A stretch of DNA of 64,000 nt from the human T2T-CHM13v2.0 reference genome, Homo sapiens (GCF_009914755.1 NC_060930.1); one strand, 5' to 3'. Positions 49,271 through 63,910 are shown, numbered from the stretch's first letter. Program-made: numbers and translations. Notes: generated by a model not told the origin, from the sequence alone.

Positions 49271-51369
49271 TTTCTGCTCTGTCTTTTTAAGGGTATAGAT
49301 GTCATAATTTGTATACATGACATATAAATTTCAGCAAAAAAGTCACGTGACAATGAAAATACTGGCAAAGATCTGTTTTCAAAGTGCTCTCTTCACAGCA
49401 TGAATTTCTTTGGAAACCAATTATTTTTTCATTCAGTGTTAATGTCACTGGCAACTTGAGGGTTCAGATTAAATGTTATTTCTCTGAATATATCTTCTAA
49501 ATACTTTCATTTGTCATTAGAAGAAGTTAGCAAATTTGGAATCTTTGTCTTTTTGTGAAAGAAGCATGTATACCTAATTTATTAACTGAACAACTGTACC
49601 AAGCATTTTGCTGCAAACGGCAAATCTGTGGGTAGCACAAACGAAAACGCATGAACATTCTGAAATCATCTTCATAACCGTGATTTTTTTTCTAACTGAT
49701 AAAATAATCTTCCTTAGTAAAGTTGAGAAAGAGCACAGATAGGTTTAGAAGCATAGGCTGGACACTGCTGTCACCTTTTCCTAGCTGCGCAAGGCCCACT
49801 CTGTGAGAGGAGACTGCTTCCTGGACAAGACATGACCTTCTAGTGCATGAACTTTCTGAAAGCTCCATCCATGTATTAACAATCAATAAAAAATTATTTA
49901 ATATCATTTACCCAAAAACATATCAAGACCCAAGTTTTCACATTGTCCTCATATACCTTAATGGAATGTCACTTGCTTTCCACTTTAGAGATGATAGCGT
50001 AGATTCTGCTAGGAAAGTGAACAATCCACAGGATTTACTCAGTATTTACTGTAAATTGGTATTACCTGTAATACAGTGCAATTCTATGGTAAAGATGTTA
50101 GTAAGAGTAACTATACTAGGCAGTAAACTAACTGCTACTATAGTCACTAATTCTATTGAGCACTTGCGCCAGGAAGTATGCTAAGTGTTTTGTATGCATT
50201 ACTTCATGTCTCACAAAACTTCTACAAGATAGTTATTCCTTTTATTGTCATTTTATATGTTTATGACCTAAAATTAGAATAAATTTTATTTCTATTATTT
50301 TTACAATTTTTGATATTAATATATTGAAAATACGTAAAAATTTAAATTAAAATTTTTAGTCATTTATTTTTATATTTGTAATCAGTGTAGGTAAATAACA
50401 CTAATTACAAAATAAAATTAATTAAAATCACAGCACAAAATAATTAGTTTTAGAAAATTTATATTACTTCCCATTTTCTAAATGACCTTTAATATGAATA
50501 GTAGAAAATAATATAATCTAGGATTATTAGTAGATGATTTTATCATACTCATGCAAACTACTGATGAAGGTAGAAAACTATGTTGTCTTTTTAGGTGCAT
50601 TTTGTATAAATTATTTGCCTATAACACTGCGTAAATAATCTTGGAGTCACTGTCCAAGTAGAAGAGAATTCTAGCAGAAAAAACTGCTGTTTGTCTAAAA
50701 CTGAAATATATTTTGATGGCCTATCAGTCTTAGGCACGAGGATATTGAAAAGGTATATGTGCTCAAAAAACAAAACGATAAAGACAACCTGGAAACAGGA
50801 CTGTAAGAGCATGTCTACCACACATTAAAAATACATCCATTCACATTTTATAAAATGGCATTCCTACTCAACTGGCATACAAAAATATTTAATTAGTGAT
50901 TATTTAGAATGTTGTTATTGGGGCCTATTTACACAATAACCCTCATTACACTTAGAAATGACTGTGTCTATGAGACACCCTAATATTTGTAATTAATGTT
51001 CATAGTAAACCTAGAGTCACTTTAGGGTCGGGCAACTCTTAGAAATCTAAACTCTGGAATCATCTACTTGGAACAAATCTCTTGTCCATCATTTACTAAT
51101 TGTATACATTTAGGCAAATCACTTAATTCTCTGTTCCCCAGGATCTCATCTGTAGCCTAAGGACACTGTAGTACTTAGCCAAGAATGTAACGTTCAATGG
51201 AATAACACGGGGAAAGGCTAAGGAAAAGCACTGGCCAGTGACTGTGAAGCTCTCAGCGCTATCAGCAACCGTTATCTTAGATGGGTATCAGCACTGTGTT
51301 GCCACATCATTTGGCTCTTTTGTTTGATTTTGGTGATAATCAACAAGAGAGTCTACTTTTCTGTTGTGG

Positions 51370-51563
51370 CAGTGGTGCACCGAACTGGCTTGCAAGAGCC
51401 AATTATGCACATTTCTTCCCAACTCTGCATTCATTATGGCGCATGGGTAGCTTGAAATTGTCCATATTGAGGGAATGTACGCCAGAGAAACAGGGAAACA
51501 CACAAATCAGGACCCTTCTGTTTTTAGAGAGGTTGCTGTTAAACATTTACTGCACACCAACTG
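51370..51563 (+). mobile_element. MER63A-like hAT-Blackjack MITE
   Basis: cagtggtg...cacaccaactg termini; ggtagcttgaaat and acaaatcagg motifs. Confidence 0.7.
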
Positions 51564-51823
51564 GTATTCTTTAAGATACAAGTAGTTTGACTTTGGGAAC
51601 ACTTGAGATATAATAATTGTTCTACTATTATAAATTGTGCACTCTTTTCCCCTATTTAATTTACATTTAAAATCGAATTGACAAAATACTTATTAAACTA
51701 CATATTTTCTATATGTTTGTCAATAGCATTAAATAATATCATTAGTCAAATTAAATTGATTCTCTAAGCAAGTCCTAAAATCAAATACATACTCCACATA
51801 CATACGGGGAACACTGAATAAGA

Positions 51824-52283
51824 GACCTGTAACCACCCTTCTACTCTACACTGTCATGAGATCTACTTTTTAGCTCCCATAAGTGAGTCAGACGTGTGAT
51901 ATTTGCCTTTTTGTGCCTGGATAATTTTATTTAACCTAACGACCTTCAGTTTCATCCATGCTGCTGCAAGTTACGCGATTTCATTCCTTTTTACGGCTGA
52001 ATAATGTTCCATTGTGTATAATGTTGGTTAAGGGGTACAAAAATACAGTTGGATAAAAGGAATATGTTCTATTGTTTGATAGTACACTAGGAAAATTACA
52101 CTTAATAATTTATTGTGTATTTCAAAATAGCTAGAAGATTCATAATGGTCTCAAAACAAAGAAAATATAAATATCTGAGGTGACAGATACCTCAGTCACA
52201 CCGATATGATTACCACAGTCACAGGTATCCAACTATTCTACATACTCCCAAAATATGTACAACTATTATAAATCAATAAAAAG
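51824..52283 (+). mobile_element. L1MA 3' end with 5' inversion (51824-52020 inverted, 52021-52283 forward)
   Basis: Adjacent L1MA segments in opposite orientation; aataaa end. Confidence 0.75.
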
Positions 52284-53569
52284 GAAATGCTGTGCTGTTT
52301 ATTTCATAGCATAGAGCAGTGCTGCAGCCGACTAAAGAAATAACAGACCCATCGCAGGGTGTGGCTTGAGGCTCCCGGATGTGAAGGGAAGGTCCATGCA
52401 GGATGAGACTTCCCTGTGGCTGCATGAGGAGAGGAGCTGAACTGAGAACTCCATAAGCAAAAAAGAAGCCTTGTCTCTACTTGGGGCTATGGGTAGAAAA
52501 TAAATAGTCTCCATCCATTGAGAATATGGAAATCAAGCCTGAACCATATGTAGTTGTAGTTTCCAAATTTATCCTAACATATTGCAGGAATTTCAAGCTA
52601 AAAACTTAACAGAAACAAAAACCTGGACCCAGATCACTGAAAGCCTGGGGCACATGGAAAACATTACATATATCTGAGCATGAGGGTCTCTCACAAGGGA
52701 GATAATTTGAGAGAAATTTGAGTAGGTAAACAAGTAAACGATGACCTGAAAAAAAATCTAAGAATGGAAAGATGAATAGATATTAGTACCCTCTACAAAT
52801 TGAGCTAATGAAAAACACTTACTGAGAGATTTAAAATACACTGTTGCAAAAATACAGCATTTGGTATGTGACTTACCATGCTTGCACAACTATTCTAGTT
52901 TATGGAAACCACAGTACCAAAATGCAAAAACAAAACAAAACAAAACAAAAACCACAAGGATTTCTTTCTGTTTCTTTCTCAGTAGAGTTGTATCTTTGAC
53001 CTAATCGTGGGTGGAAGTATTTAAAACACTTTCTTAAAGACAGGCCCAAGCACCTACTGTCTATGGCACCATAGAGAGTTCTTTCATGCTGAGGACTGCA
53101 AAGGTGACAATAGTTTCCTCTAACGTGTTTCAGTGGATTTGAAAGCACTGGGAACAAATTAAAAAAAAAATGTGTGTGTATTATGTTCCTGTGAAATAAG
53201 AGACAGCTGAATTCAGGAGAAAGTAGGGGCATTGGAAAAATGACTCTCTAGCTGTGTGCCCCAAATGCACCTCAGCGTATAGAAGACAACTGGTGTCCTA
53301 AGGTAGGAATACTGACTTCTCTCTTCCTCTGTAAGCTCAGAAGTTCCATCTTAGGGCAGACATAAAAGGTACCTCTATAGGCTCTTCCTTGCTATTTTCC
53401 AGTAAATAAATGAAGCAAATCAAATTTTAATGAAAAGCAACTTGGCCTGTGGAAACAACAAACCAGCTATATATTTAACAATGAATTGAAATTTTATAAA
53501 ATTGGCTGCAATGATAATTCATAAAATATAATGACTAATGTGAAAACAAAGGATGCAACACTGACTGTC

Positions 53570-53810
53570 TACTATGGACTATGCACTGTTCTAAGAGTTT
53601 ATTCATATGGACTACGCACTGTTCTAAGACTTTATTCACATATCTCATTTTGTCCTGACAATAATCCTGGGGAATAAGTATTGTTTCCGTTTATCTGTTG
53701 AGGGAACTAAGGCTCAAGAACATAAGCTGACTTCCCCAAGGTCAGAATGTTGGAAAGTAATAGATCAGGTTGTAAAATGCATGTCTGCTTGATTTTAAGT
53801 TTTGAATCCT
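53570..53810 (-). mobile_element. MIR
   Basis: gagggaactaaggctcaaga...cttccccaaggtca. Confidence 0.7.
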
Positions 53811-54302
53811 ACTACACACACATTGAGAACTCAAAAAGTAGGGAAAGAATGATTTGGAAGGGTGGAGGGCCTAGTGTCATAGCTGAAGGAGAGCTGCATC
53901 TACTGCAGAGCAGGCGCTTTTGGAAATGATACCTTTAAGGTCAAATAAAACTGGAAAATTGTCCTGTAGTCTGTGCCAAGGAATATTTCAAATATATAAA
54001 CACAGGACATGAAACCACCTAGGATGTAGGGTCCATTAATTCTTAATCTGTACCTAGCATCTAGGAGTGATTAATGCTTATGTGTGGAACGAACAAATGT
54101 CCATGTCAGTTATAAATTTTATAACCTTATAACCAAAAGAAGAAAAAAAAAGACTGAACTCGGCTGAAATTAGTTATCTATAAACTTGTAGACTTGGAGA
54201 AGTATTAAACTTTTATTTTCATGTAACCCCAAAAATAATTCAGTTTAAGAATTGTTATTCATTAGTATCTAAGAGTATTCAAATTCAAGATGAGGGAAAA
54301 GG

Positions 54303-54303
<1 letters not shown>

Positions 54304-54338
<35 letters not shown>

Positions 54339-54347
54339 CTGTGTGTG
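54304..54347. repeat. (TG)n microsatellite
   Basis: Direct reading. Confidence 0.92.
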
Positions 54348-54682
54348 ATCATGTCACCACTAACAGGAGATAGTTGAATTTTAGGAGATAACTTTGTGAC
54401 TCAATGCACTGGTATAAGATGTATTTTTGATATTTCTTAGAAAACTTTTCTTGGGAATATACAATACTCTTAAGGCAATAGTTCATCATCTATAATTACA
54501 AATTTAATTTACATAATTCTCCTTGGAAGTATGTCCCAAGTGTTAAACTTTCTGTTAATCGATTCCAAACTCTTTCATGAACCCTATCCTTGCTCTACCA
54601 TCTATATTACTTTATCGATGAAGTTTTGGGTTTTTTTCCTAAACTTTCCCCCTTCATTTCTGACAAAATTAACCTCACCGTC

Positions 54683-55245
54683 TTTGATGGTTAATTCTAA
54701 GTGTCAACTTGACTGGGTTAGAGGATGCTCGGATAGCAGGTAGAGCATGATTTCTGGGTGTTTCAGTGAGGGTATTTCTGGGAGACTGGTACTGGAATCA
54801 GTGCACTGAGTAGGGAAGACCTGCCCTTATCCAATGCAGTAGGGCACCATGCAACTGGCTGAGGACCCAGACAGAACAGAAAGGCAAAGGGAAGGCAAAG
54901 TGTCTCTCTGTTCTAAAGCTGGGACACCTACCCTGTCCTTGAACATCAGATCTCCAGGATCTCTGGCCTTTGGAGTTTAACTTGCACCAGCTGCACCCCA
55001 GCTTCTCAAGCCTTTGGCCTCTGACTCAGGGTTACACCATCAGCTTCCCTGGTTGTGAGGCTTTCAGACTTGGACTGAGCTATGCTACTGGCTTTCCTGG
55101 TTCTCCAGCTTGCAGATGGCCTATTGGGGGACTTTTTAGCTTCCATAATCATATGAACCAATTTCCCTCCTAAGTCCTCGCTCGTGTATCTATTCATCTA
55201 TATATGTATCCTGTTGGTTCTGTTTCTCTGGAGAACCCTAATGCA
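54683..55245 (+). mobile_element. MLT2 (ERVL) solo LTR
   Basis: gatggttaattctaagtgtcaacttgactggg start; ggttctgtttctctggagaaccctaat end. Confidence 0.88.
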
Positions 55246-55344
55246 CCCTAATCCATATTTTATATATAAAATGTAAAAACACTTCGTAGTAATTGTCTTC
55301 CCTGTAGGCAACCTTAGGACCTTAGGGAAGAACGATGTCAGAGA

Positions 55345-55600
55345 GAAGCCAGCACACTTAGCGAGCACGGGGACCAGTCTGCATGCATTCAAACCCTGGC
55401 TCTATCACATACTTGCTATGTGCCCTTGGGGAAATTATTTAAATTCTATACATCCATTTTTTTTCTTATAAAACGTGGAGATAATAATAACCACACTCAT
55501 GGTATTGTTGGGAGAACATACAAAAAGAGATTTCGTATGTAAAGTGTCTAGAACAATTCCTGTCACACAATAAAGCCTTATATCAAATAAGAGTTGTTCT
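55345..55600 (+). mobile_element. MIR
   Basis: ttcaaaccctggctct...tgtgcccttgggg; tgtaaagtgtctagaaca. Confidence 0.72.
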
Positions 55601-56958
55601 TATCATAGTCATCTTTATATCCACCATCTGGTATAAAAAAGATAGGCAATACTTGGTGGTTGAATTCTGGAACGAATAAAGGTTCAACCACTTATTCAAT
55701 TTGTCCCTAACCAACTAATTTCATTTTAATAGCAAATTTTGTTCATGCCCCTTTCATGTTAAATGTCTTTCTATCCAAAATGTACAGAGCTAATCTGTTT
55801 TAAAAGATTTATTTTTCTAAGCAAAAGATGTAACTGATACTACTGTCCTATTAGCTTTTCTAAGGCATATTAAATGGTTTCTTTAAAATCACAGTATAAA
55901 TGAGTAAATTAATTGACTTGGATTTAAAAGATGTTTTCTGTTGATAGTACTTCCCAGTATGTTAGCTCAATAAATGAAAGAGAGATGCTGCCAATCAGAG
56001 ACGTTCCCCTTTAATTAAATAAAAGGAATGTATTCAAGTATTTCTAAAGATGAAATAAAGGAAAATAAAAACATAATAAGCATTAACATGGCCTATGTGC
56101 CCTGCTTCTTAGATAGGCTCTTAATCAAACAAGACCACAATAAAATATGCCATTACATTATCATGTTCAGTATTAGAAACAAGAATTTTCATGTACAAAA
56201 CATGCTTCTATTACGGACACAATAATTTGTTCAACAGCAGAAATACTCTGAATTCCCCAAGATCAACACAATTAAAATGACAATAACGGTCAACAATTAA
56301 AAAGCACTTCATGCTGCACAAAGATTTTTCATATTTATGATCTTGATCATTACTAATGTATGTTCTCTAGAAAGTAGAACATTCAGGAAAAGGTAGGGAA
56401 CCCGCAGATGTGATTGTTTGGGACAACGCATAATACAAGGTGTTTTTCCTAATTTTCATATGATGCTTGGGAAAAAAATGCTCAAAACAGCAAAGCAAAA
56501 TTGCTCAAGAACAACCGCAAGCATCTCGGTGCCACAGTGATGACCAGAATTTGGGTCTTGGTCATTGGCAGTAGTTCGTGGCATCAACCTTTTCAAGTGG
56601 GTAAGGTTCTAGGGATCCCACTATAAAGAAACGCGATGCTATCTTATTGAAACCAGCATACATTTGGAGCTATTTTCTTTTATTTTTTTATTTACATGGA
56701 TGCTTTCTTCAACAAGGCAAAAAATATCATTGTAAAGAAGACATGTGAACTGGTCTTTCTGAATTGGAACAAAGTTTTGAAATAAACCCAGCCACCAGTC
56801 TTCATCAGACTGGAAGGCCAGGGAGAAGAGGGAAGAAGGAATCATTATGAAGCTGTGGACTCAAATCTCTTATTCCTTTTGAGTTGGAAAAACTTCAAAA
56901 ATAATATAATTTTTATGAGCTTTAGTAAGGAGAAAAATATACTGCAGTTAAAAAATGG

Positions 56959-57331
<373 letters not shown>

Positions 57332-57339
57332 TCAGCTTT

Positions 57340-57630
57340 GGCTGGGCGAGGTGGCTCACGCCTGTAATCCCAGCACTTTGGGAGGCCGAGGCAGGCGGAT
57401 CACCTGACCTCAGGAGTTCGAGAATAGCCTGGCCAACGTGGTGAAACCCCATCTCTACTAAAAATACAAAAATTAGCCAGACATGGTAACGCATGCCTGT
57501 AATCCCAGCTACTGGGGAGCCTGAGGCTGGAGAATCGTTTAAACGCGGGAGGCGGAGGTTGCAGTGAGCCAAGATCACGTAATTGCGCTACAGCCTGGGT
57601 GACAAAGAGTGAAACTCCATCTCAGAAAGA
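57340..57630 (+). mobile_element. Alu (AluSx-like) with almost no A tail; TSD aaaggtaa(t/c)cagcttt
   Basis: Left TSD 57324-57339; right TSD 57731-57746, beyond the 5S insert. Confidence 0.92.
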
Positions 57631-57636
57631 AAAGGT

Positions 57637-57726
57637 GTCTACAGCCATACCACCCTGAACGCGCCCGATCTCGTCTGATCTCGGAAGCTAAGCAGGGTCG
57701 GGCCTGGTTAGTACTTGGATGGGAGA
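57637..57726 (+). pseudogene. 5S rRNA retropseudogene, nt 1-90, 3'-truncated and tailless
   Basis: gtctacagccataccaccctgaacgcgcccgatctcgtctgatctcggaagctaagcagggtcgggcctggttagtacttggatgggaga; one difference from human 5S as recalled; 13-bp TSD agaaagaaaaggt. Confidence 0.96.
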
Positions 57727-58844
57727 AAGAAAAGGTAACCAGCTTTGGTCCAGTGCGGGTGACTACTCGACAGAACTGCTGCTCCATATACTACTTGTCA
57801 CTGTTGGAGAAAACCACTGTTGTGATGGGGTTTGAAGTGTTTAGAAAAATTATAATCATTTCCAATATCAACTAATACTAGTTATTTTACCAAAATTTTA
57901 CCCTAAATAATTTAACTAAATAATCAATGTAAAAATGGAATGCCTATTAAAACTTTTCAGAAGTTTTTTTTTTTTTTTTCTGTGTGGTTTAATCATGATT
58001 AAATCCAGGTATTATGATACCACAATTAGTGACTTAGAAAAGCATTTGAACCTGCTAGTCTAGTTCTTAATTTATGTATTCTTGAAAGTATACAACAATA
58101 TTTCAAGGGATACATGGACAAATGAATAAATTTTAAGATGATCAATTTCCATATTCTTAACTTTCACACATATTCTTACTCAAAATGACTTTTTCCCACA
58201 TCCCATTTTGAAACAGCCCTGTTATCAAATTGCTGTAATACAAAGCGGCAATATAAAATGCTGGTATTAATGAGGGCTAATAAAGGTTTCTGAAACTTTC
58301 CTAAAATATTAAAGGTGAACTTCAGTAAATTCTCAACTGATAGCTCATTAAAATAATTTTTGGTGTCAGAATTATCAGTACTTTTTGGCATCTTAGCTCA
58401 GGTAGAATTAAGAGAAATTGTGATAATAAAACTTTATTAATGGAAGCAATTCTTACAGCTTCCTTAAAAAATAAGAGGGACAAGTTGGAATAAGATTGAT
58501 GCTGAATAGGGAGAGCCAAATTTCTCACTGTAACAAAAAAAGTTCCGAAGATGAAAATGAGATGGCTAGAGCATTCTGTGGTATTAGACTGGAGGTTAGG
58601 TATCGTAGAGACAGAAAGAGACAGACAGAATGAACGGACGTAGAGATTTATGTATAAACTCTCTTCTAAAGAAGTCAGTGAGAAAGTGGGGGTAAGTTCC
58701 TGTGGAGAAACCTGCAGACAGGACCTTTCAAGTGCAGACGGTTAATAGGCTCAGTGACGAAGCACATGCCTGCTAACAGGATGCACTGAGGACACATCCG
58801 CACGTGAACTCATTGTCACAAATAAGACCTTCATATAATTGTGA

Positions 58845-59193
<349 letters not shown>

Positions 59194-59313
59194 TTAAAAA
59201 ACAACAGGTGTATACGCTTTAAAAATACCCAGGTCATGAGAGACAACACTAAGGAATAGTTCCAGATGAAAGGAGACTCAAGAGGTCTGCAGATGAGATA
59301 ACAACACAGTACT

Positions 59314-59695
59314 TGTGATGGGTTAGATTGTGGCCCCCTTAAAATTCATGTATTAAAGCCTAAGCCCCAGTACCTTAGAATGCAGCTGTATTTAGAGATA
59401 GGGCCTTTAAAGAGGTAACTATGGTAAGAGGAGATTTAAAGCGTGGGTCCTAATCTCATATGACTAGTGTCTTCATAAGAAGAGTCTAGGACACAGGCAT
59501 GTACACAGAGACAGCAGAAACCATGTGAGGACACAGGGAGAAGGCGGCCATCTGCAAACCAAGGAAAACAGGCTTCAGGAGAAACACACCTTGATCTTGG
59601 ACTTCCAGCCTCCAAAACTGTGAGAAAAAAATTTCCTGTTGTTTAAGCCACACAGTCTGTGATGTTTATTACAGTGGCCCTAGCAAGCTAATACA
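59314..59695 (+). mobile_element. MLT1B-like MaLR solo LTR, TSD gtac(t/c)
   Basis: TG...CA termini; gatagggcctttaaagaggtaa; ccttgatcttggacttccagcctcc. Confidence 0.87.
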
Positions 59696-61560
59696 GTACC
59701 AATGTTAATTTCTTGATTTTTAAATTATGCAGTGAAAAAATAAGATAATGTCCTTGTTTTTAGAGAAAATACAAACTGAATCATTTAGGAGTTATGAGAC
59801 ATTACATCTGAAACATACTCTCATATAGATTGGAGAAAGATAGTATCTATTTAACAGAGAAAGAGAGAGACAGAGAAAGTATATCAAAGCAAAAATGGCA
59901 AATATATTAACATTTGGGGAATATGGATAAAGGTATACAGGGAACTTTATTTTTGCAACTTTTGCTTTTGTCTGAAATTATTTCAAAATGAAAAGTATAA
60001 AAATTATGCTAAATCTAGTTTCATTTAACAGTAAGAAAAATTCACGAACAGTTATATTAACTATTGCTGTTTTAAGCCATAGGTATCTAAGAAAAAAGTT
60101 TTCAATTTTTTTTTTATTTTTTGACATCTATCAAAATGTTATAATAGTTGACTTGATCACATATGTGATAATACATAATACCACCACAATCCAAAATGAA
60201 TTTTAACACTTATTATACATGTTTTAGACATACCCATGTATTATCTTATAAATAGAAATTATCTTAGGGTAATTAATAAAATAAAGCATAAAATATATTC
60301 AACTTTTGTTGGATAACAAATACATATTCAGAGAGTAAACATAATGCCAAATTTTCCCATCCTAAGATCTTGCTATTGTGTTTTTTAATATATTATAATA
60401 TGTATCAAGCTTCTATGATACTTAAATTCCATTGGCTACATTTAAAAATGATAAAACAGTCAATATTCAGAATAAACTAGAAATTACAATCTTTGCGACT
60501 TTTAAACTAAATGAGACAAGCATAAGCTGTCAACATTATTTATGAGAGACACATAGATACTAAAAATGTTTGAAGCAAAAGTGTTTGACAGCATTCCTAG
60601 TTTATTTCTGAGGAGCTATGTAACAGAAACTGTCCCCCAAAAGGGCACCAGGAATGCGTGAGGAGAGAGGACGGGTACTCTCACTAAATAGCACAAACTG
60701 AATTAAAAACGGTTACCCTCGGTCACCAGAAGTTAAGTTTTACCAATGCTTGTCCCTAGGTATGTCTCCGCTTGTCCTATGAGTTACACGGTTACTCCTA
60801 TGGAATCCAGTCCTACTCCCAAAAAAGCAGTTTCTCTAATTGATTAAGGGGGCAACTGAATGTATGTTGATTTAGCTCTATGAAAAGATCACCATACTAA
60901 AATTTTCCCTAACCTCAGAATTCTAGTAATATTATTAAAGGATTACTAGAGTTTACAGAATACTAAATGTTCCATTCATCTAAAATATAACAATGTAAAA
61001 GACAGACAATAAATTCCACTATTTTTAAAGTGAGACTTGAGAATGCACATTGAACTTCATTTTACCCTTCAGTGAACACGGTACAACTTTCACGAGGACT
61101 GAGTTAACACCGAGAATGCATGTGACATGGACAACCTGGTGCCTCACTTTTTGTCACAAACAGAACTTTCCTGGTGGGTGTCCAAACATGAGCTATGACT
61201 ATACTTTTGTGTAAGGATCTCAAATGAATGCATTTGACAAACAGTCAAGGTTTAGGTAGCATTTTCTTTCTTCATTTCAGTAGATACCATTAAATATAAG
61301 ACTGATGCCTGGACATGTTACCTTTACAGTAACTTCATTTTTCTTCTTAACAAATTCCCACCTTGAAATAAACGCAAACTATTAGGAGACTGTTATTTTT
61401 CCTTCCAGGGCATTTTATGACATTTTCTAAAACATGTACAATCAGGAATCACTTACTTTTCCTGGTTTGTAAAGGAAATATAAATGAAAAAAAAAAAGCC
61501 CTTAAGCTGCTTTATGAAAAAGATTCCAAATTAATATTGAGTAGTAAAAAATGGTATTTA

Positions 61561-61830
<270 letters not shown>

Positions 61831-62199
61831 TCATAAATCTCCCCTCAATCTTTGCAATTTACATATGCTTCTATTGCATATGACTAATGGCACTTTTAGC
61901 TTCTACATTCAGGGACAGTAACATTCCACAGAGTTTTATTAAAACCTTTCCAAAAATATTCTAATCTGTTGGTTCTTTTGTCTCCAAGTGAGTTTTCTAG
62001 GATAGTCTCTAAGAGGCTTTCAGCTTATCATTTGAAGTATCCAGCATTACTAAGTAAACAGACCAAAAAAAAACGTGGATTCAGAGGAGAAATACAATTA
62101 AATTTGGTAAAATAACATAATCCTTTGAAGTTGATCGTGTTTATGAGAGATATAACTTGCTAAACCAACTTATAGTGTTTCCACTTTAAAAACTTAGAG

Positions 62200-62416
62200 C
62201 AGTGGTCAGCAAACCGCACCCAGGGGCCAAATCAGCCCTCTCCTGTTTATAAGTAAAGTTGTATTGGAACACAGCCACACCATTCATTCACATATTGTCT
62301 GATTCTGCCATCACCCCACAAGGCTGAGCTGTGGACTTGTGACAAGGACATTAGTGCTTATAAATGCAAATATACTGACCATATGATCCTTAATAGAAAA
62401 GGCTTGCTGACTCCTA
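62200..62416 (+). mobile_element. MER58A hAT-Charlie MITE
   Basis: cagtggtcagcaaac...ttggaacacagccac...ttgctgactcct. Confidence 0.82.
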
Positions 62417-62489
62417 TTGTGAGGACATGTTTTTGGAAAACAGGACTAAGGTGCATAGAAACAGTGACATAGCTAACGGTAGGTAGTTA

Positions 62490-63220
62490 CATGGGAGTCT
62501 TCAGAGCCTGGCTTCTCTCATTTAGCATAAAGGTTTTTGAGATTCATCCATGTTGTTGCATGTCTTAGTGGTTAAGTCCTTTTTATTGCTGAGTTATACC
62601 TCTATTGAATGGACATATCGTATTTTGTTCATTCATTCCCAGTTAATGGACAATATTATTTTTAATAGCCAGTTTGGGCAATTATAAATAATTCTGCTTT
62701 GAAGGTTTGCATACAAGTCCTACTGTAGCACCATATGTTTTCATTTTGCTTGTAGTACTATCTAGAAGCGGAGCTGATTAGTGGACTGCACAGTAAGTGT
62801 ATGTTTAACTTTTCAAGAAACTGCAAACCTGTTTTCCCAAGCGGTTGTACCATTTCATATTCCCACCAACAATGTATGAGGGTACTCGTTTCTCCACATC
62901 CTGGCCAATGTTTGCTAATGCCAATGTTTTAAAGTCCCAGCCATTCAAGCTGCTGTACAGTGAGGTCTCATGTCAACTACATCTATATTCCCCTCACTTC
63001 GAGCATTTTTCATGTGTTTGGTGATCAGTTGTATATCTCCTTTTGTGGACTGTCTGTTAAAATCACCTGCCCTTTGTATTAAATTGGGTTATCTTCTCAT
63101 TGTTATGCTGGAAGAGTTTTTATATATTAGATATAAGTATTTTGTCAGATACATGTTTTACAAATATTTTCTCCTAATCTGGTGCTTGCATTTTCATTTT
63201 CTTAATAGTCTGACTCATAC
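62490..63220 (-). mobile_element. Old L1M 3' region
   Basis: gagattcatccatgttgttgcatg; gcggttgtaccattt...ttcccaccaacaatgtatgaggg. Confidence 0.8.
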
Positions 63221-63689
63221 ATTTTTACATAAAGATTGGACATAAGGATGAGCAAATATATTTAATTTTTAAGTACTAAATGATGAGTTTGGACTTTTGG
63301 AAAAAAACTTTCAGTGTACCCTTAATTTATTGACAATATACATTACTAGAATATTCCTATGTTTTTATAGGAGTTGTGTATATTTGACATCAATTGATCA
63401 AATAACTGAATAAACTTCCTATTGCTTATGTTATTTGTCTCTTAAAGTAAACCACGAGTTGGAATTAACTAAACACTGCTGTCAAACTACTGTAAATATT
63501 ATTCTCTAACAGTCACAGCATCAATCCTGAGACTTTCCATTTCTAGCGATTTATTAAAATCAAATTACATAATTGGGTTTGCAACTCTCCAAAGAAAGTC
63601 AAAACAAAACAAAAAATCTTTATAAGCCTTCCTAATATCCATCTTTAATAATATCCAATAAAAGATGTAACTTATTTAGTTACTTTGGG

Positions 63690-63910
63690 TCAGGTAAATT
63701 TTCCAGACCTTTCATGAATATTATCTGTGATCTTAAAACAACAGCAACAAAATTGGCATTATCATACTCATCTTAAAGATGAGGAAACTGAGGCTCAGAG
63801 AGATTAAGTAACTTATGCTAGGTCAGTTGAGAGCTAAGAAATGACAGAACCGTGCTTCAAAGCTAGACCTACTCATCTCAAAAGCATGCAAATTTCTTAC
63901 TATGTGTTGC
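63690..63910 (-). mobile_element. MIR
   Basis: agatgaggaaactgaggctcagagagattaagtaactt core. Confidence 0.82.

Noticed and set aside
57637-57726. Functional 5S rRNA gene
   Set aside because: Lacks the last ~30 nt and terminator, is solitary and is flanked by a TSD
60588-61200. Possible small DNA-transposon relics or regulatory element near exon A
   Set aside because: Could not assign termini or family with confidence
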